From: Macrostomum lignano
Taxonomy: Eukaryota
Direction of reading: 5' to 3'
Assembly: GCA_002269645.1 (NCBI GenBank)
Contig: NIVC01000568.1
Coordinates: 436,039 to 500,038 of the forward strand
DNA length: 64,000 nt
A program made the translations under genes and the position numbers. The notes under the pieces are model-generated. The model was not told where the DNA came from, searched no databases, and saw only the letters and a list, made by a program, of their open reading frames with translations. The stretch's first letter is position 1, and the number at the start of each line of letters is the position of its first letter. This document shows positions 60,146 through 64,000 of this stretch, piece after piece.

Positions 60146-61121
60146 CCCTAACAGTTTTTCCGGTGGGCATTTTCGCGACCTACCTCGGCTGGGCCCCTTG
60201 CCAGCCGGCCGGGTGTTGCGCGTGTACGACTCCAAGTAATTGAAAACTTTGCAACAGTTTTGTTGATCGGCAAGACAGAGAATTGCATACTTAGTAATCG
60301 TATTGTATATGAGTATTAGCTGACAAATCTATAACAAATATTTTTGCTTGGTTATAAACAAGGGCAATTCGAATTTGAAAGCAAGGTTGAACTTATTTAT
60401 TCAGTCTTGCACTTTGCATGGGCCTTTCCTTTTTTAAATTCGACCGCTCCTAATAAAACAGGCAACAACACGCACTTTATATATATAACCTACTAATAGT
60501 ACTGTAGCGCGCTTCATTCTATTGTATTGTACTTATTTTTGCGTCAATTTAATCAACAAAACCCAGTTGAAACGCACCGAAAGTAAGTGCTAAATTTGCT
60601 ACTCACAAGTAGGCCCCTTGGCGATGCGTGTGTACAAACACTGTTCGAGCTATCTCAGTCTCCGCTTGTTATGTTCGTTGTAGTTGCTCTGATATAGGAT
60701 TATAGGAAGGCAAACCTCGAAAGTTCAGTTAATTTTGCAGTCCACTTTTACATTTGGTTGGTTTGTTTTTTTCTAATTTCACGAGACGGTGGCTTCAAAG
60801 CGGCAACAGTGATAGGTTTTTTGTACAACTATATTAATTCATTGGCTGACGGGTTCACCTTGTCAGTCTGTTTAATTTAAATATACCTGCCCTTTTCCTT
60901 TTATTCATTCATTGTCTAATTGTCGGCTGAGAAATTATTAACTTAAACTATTTATTGCTAGCTAGAATTTTCTGCCAAGTATTATTTATTTCCTTAACGT
61001 GACTAGTGCTTAGGTTAGTGTAATAGAACAGTGGACACTCCACAGGCTGCAGTAGTCAGTGCTGCATTTGCACTATTGAGTCTGTATATGGACGTTTTTT
61101 AAGTTCAGTATTTTCCATGTT

Positions 61122-61508
61122 TGTCATCATTGCCGTCAGCACTTTCCATGTTGGTCATCATTGCCGTCAGCACTTTCCATGTTGGTCATCATTGCCGTCA
61201 GCACTTTCCATTTTGGTCATCATTGCCGTCAGCACTTTCCATGTTGGTCATCATTGCCGTCAGCACTTTCCATGTTGGTCATCATTGCCGTCAGCACTTT
61301 CCATTTTGGTCATCATTGCCGTCAGCACTTTCCATGTTGGTCATCATTGCCGTCAGCACTTTCCATGTTGGTCATCATTGCCGTCAGCACTTTCCATTTT
61401 GGTCATCATTGCCGTCAGCACTTTCCATGTTGGTCATCATTGCCGTCAGCACTTTCCATGTTGGTCATCATTGCCGTCAGCACTTTCCATGTTGGTCATC
61501 ATTGCCGT
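61122..61508. repeat. 31-bp minisatellite, about 12 copies
   Basis: Unit TCATCATTGCCGTCAGCACTTTCCATGTTGG. Confidence 0.97.
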
Positions 61509-62439
61509 CGGAGCAACGCAGTCACACGAAATTCAAGAACACGGGCCAAATTTTTGTTGCGAACCTTCTCAAACAAGACTCAAGTCGCCAGCCCTCCGAA
61601 CCGTCGAGGTATTCAACGATTCTGCCAGAAGGTCGGATTTTCCCCATAAGCGCTAGTGTATTCAGTACACCCTTGTGCGCCAAACAGCACTGCGCCTCAG
61701 TGCAGCCTTGCCAACCAAATTTCATCAGCACGTCGAACACATGTGTCTGCATCAGCACTGCCTTCGTTGGTCACTGGCCTTCACCCAGACGGGGCTTCTG
61801 GACCTTCATCACGTGGCAGCAAAGGTGACTTTAAAGGCCCTATTGCAAATTTCTCTGATGTCGCTGACCAAGCCTCGACAGTGGGCAAGCCGCAACTGCT
61901 GGGTATCCTCAGCTAGTCTCTCCAGCATTCGGTCGTTATCCAGACGCCATTCTTGAAAATTAGTTCGTATATTTCCCCCCCCTTGGTAGTTCGACTGGCG
62001 GAAAAATGGCTTGGCATTCCTACTGTTGAGGAAGAATAGTGATCAAGTTTTATTGGATCAGTCTTCAAGCAATAATTAGTTTTTATGCTCAGGTTTCACT
62101 GCGATGCTTAGTCTGTACTGCACTGAGCTTTTCAGTGGGTTATGACTAATTGGTTTCTTGATCAAGTTTAGCAGTGAATTGACATTTATTCATTAGGAAC
62201 TGGAGTTCTCAAGTGATAAAAAAGACGGTAAACTGTCGAGTGCAGCGTCCTACTTTAGTATCAATGAAAGGGCATTGCTCAACTGTCTTGCATTCACCCG
62301 CTTTTGAACACTCTTGCTGCTTCCATGCATTTCCATCATATAAATCATTAAACGCGCTTTGCTTGTCCAATAGTACGCTTAGCCAACCAAGCCACGCGTT
62401 CTGTTGGTTAAATAGATCGAGGCGAGAGCTGAGTAGCAA

Positions 62440-62982
62440 ATGCGCACTGCCTTGTCTGGGATATATCACGCTGTGCGCTCTCCAATCGGCAAGATCATCA
62501 ATTCAGCCATCGAGCTATCTAAAGCTATGGAAGAAGGCCGCGAATGGCGCAGCAGGCGTCGCCGCCAACGCCGCTGCTGTCGGCTAGCCCTCTGGCTGGA
62601 GCTCATGGTCGGCATTATCATGACTATATTGGGCCTCTTTATCTTGTTGCTAAGCGCCGAATCGCTTCGCGAAGGCGACTATCCGGCTGTGTACTTTTGC
62701 TCCCTGTACATCGCGCTCGGGCTGGGCCTGTTGCTGCTTTACTATGTCCACTACTACGGCTTGAAGTGCTGGTTGAAGCGTCAGGTGCAACGCCTGGACG
62801 CCAGTATTCGGTCGGACAGGGACGCTCTGGCCGCGTTGGCTCGGCGCAGTCTGCAGTTCTCCGGCATCGCCGGGCCGGTTCGGATCAATCGGAGCCCCCA
62901 GCAACAGCAGCAGGCTGACGCCGAAGCAGCAGTAGTTGATGACTGCGCTGTCGTTTGGGAGGTCAGGCAGTCGCTTGTGTAG
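62440..62982 (+). CDS. Orphan two-transmembrane protein (180 aa from ATG 62440; alternative ATG 62527)
   Basis: A basic Cys-containing segment RRRRQRRCCR precedes the hydrophobic helices LWLELMVGIIMTILGLFILLL and AVYFCSLYIALGLGLLLLYYV. It is a GC-rich island in AT-rich DNA. Confidence 0.6.
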   Translation: MRTALSGIYHAVRSPIGKIINSAIELSKAMEEGREWRSRRRRQRRCCRLALWLELMVGIIMTILGLFILLLSAESLREGDYPAVYFCSLYIALGLGLLLLYYVHYYGLKCWLKRQVQRLDASIRSDRDALAALARRSLQFSGIAGPVRINRSPQQQQQADAEAAVVDDCAVVWEVRQSLV

Positions 62983-63436
62983 TTGCTAGGCTCGTATGAC
63001 GACAGGATACCTGCCTTGCGTTTTAGCGAACAATTCAACAAGACCGCTCTTCGAACAGTCTGCTGACACTTCTCTATGGCGAGGAAGCAGCGCGAAAACA
63101 TCTGTAAATTTAATCTGTCAAAAAACCGCACTCGATTCGAGCACTGGGCACAAGATCTATACCAGCTAGCCCTTGAAAATAAGTAGAACTAAGCTTTGCA
63201 CACAGACGAAAGAAGACCATTAGCAATATAGGCTCAAATCGTGTTAATGTGTTACGCCCTTAGGCCATATCAACGTAGGTTACGCTACAGTATATAGGAA
63301 ATTTTTGCTGTGCCCCAATATGTGTGCAGGGATGCGATGTGGCCACACAAAACTCGCTGTTTTTGAAAGCATTAAATGTAGCTCCTCTCTGCTGAAGGAG
63401 AGTTTAATTTGATTACTATTTCTGGCAGTTAAATTG

Positions 63437-63830
63437 CTGACAGTCATTTGTCACTGATTTTTCTATTGTCACTGACAGTCAATTGTCACTGATTAGTCAA
63501 TAGCACTGACAGTCAATTGTCACTGACAGTCATTTGTCACTGATTTGTCAATAGTCACTGACAGTCAATTGTCACTGATTAGTCAATAGCACTGACAGTC
63601 AATTGTCACTGACAGTCCATTTTGTCAATAGTCACTGACAGTCAATTGTCACTGGCAGTCAATTGTCACTGACAGTCAATTGTCACTGACAGTAAATTGT
63701 CACTGACAGTCAATTGTCACTGGCATTCAATTGTCACTGACAGTCAATTGTCACTGACAGTCAATTGTCACTGACAGTCAATTGTGACTGACAGTCAATT
63801 GTCACTGGCAGTCAATTGTCACTGGTCATT
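63437..63830. repeat. 17-bp minisatellite (GTCAATTGTCACTGACA) with variants
   Basis: Seen directly. Confidence 0.95.
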
Positions 63831-64000
63831 GTCTTAGTCTCGATACGGCCTATTTGTTGCTTTTTTCTAAATGCTTTCTGCTCTCTGCTTAGTCCTCTCT
63901 AATTACTTATTCGTAATTTTTCAACTAAGTTCTTGTAAAACCCTTCTCTTGTATGAGCACATTTGTTAGGTTCCTATATGCATGTAGGTCTTAACATTTG

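Noticed and set aside
61510-61960. GC-richer segment after the 31-bp array with several short ORFs
   Set aside because: No recognisable domain; the frames are inflated by the adjacent repeat.
62209-62469. FNDLYDGNAWK, reminiscent of EnSpm/CACTA transposase DIYDG..W
   Set aside because: It is a single short motif with no further similarity or CACTA termini.

Overview
This is eukaryotic (metazoan) genomic DNA with spliced genes, AT-rich spacers and a very high load of minisatellites. The style resembles a free-living flatworm such as Macrostomum, but that is an inference. Exon chains were rebuilt by hand for five genes: a goosecoid-type K50 paired-class homeobox gene (3 exons, minus), a fibrinogen-C (FReD) domain gene (3 exons, minus), a 2-exon secreted single-domain staphylococcal-type nuclease (plus), an 11-exon clathrin heavy chain (plus, about 1681 aa after correcting two 1-bp deletions) and a 2-exon, apparently intact hAT transposase. 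Single-exon ORFs are an 850-aa acidic protein with 16 tandem LIDF/LINF repeats lying head-to-head with the clathrin gene, a SERF/MOAG-4 homologue and two orphan two-helix membrane ORFs. Mobile DNA comprises a degenerate Mag-like Ty3/Gypsy element (5-bp TSD, 5' LTR collapsed to 5 bp), a full-length hAT element (8-bp TSD), several MITE and foldback elements, and three non-LTR retrotransposon fragments. The best leads are the bacterial-type secreted nuclease with an intron, the clathrin-box-like repeat protein next to clathrin, duplicated decoy splice acceptors in a clathrin intron, and an isolated 65-nt relic of 28S rRNA helix 69. There is no CRISPR array and no tRNA or full rRNA gene.
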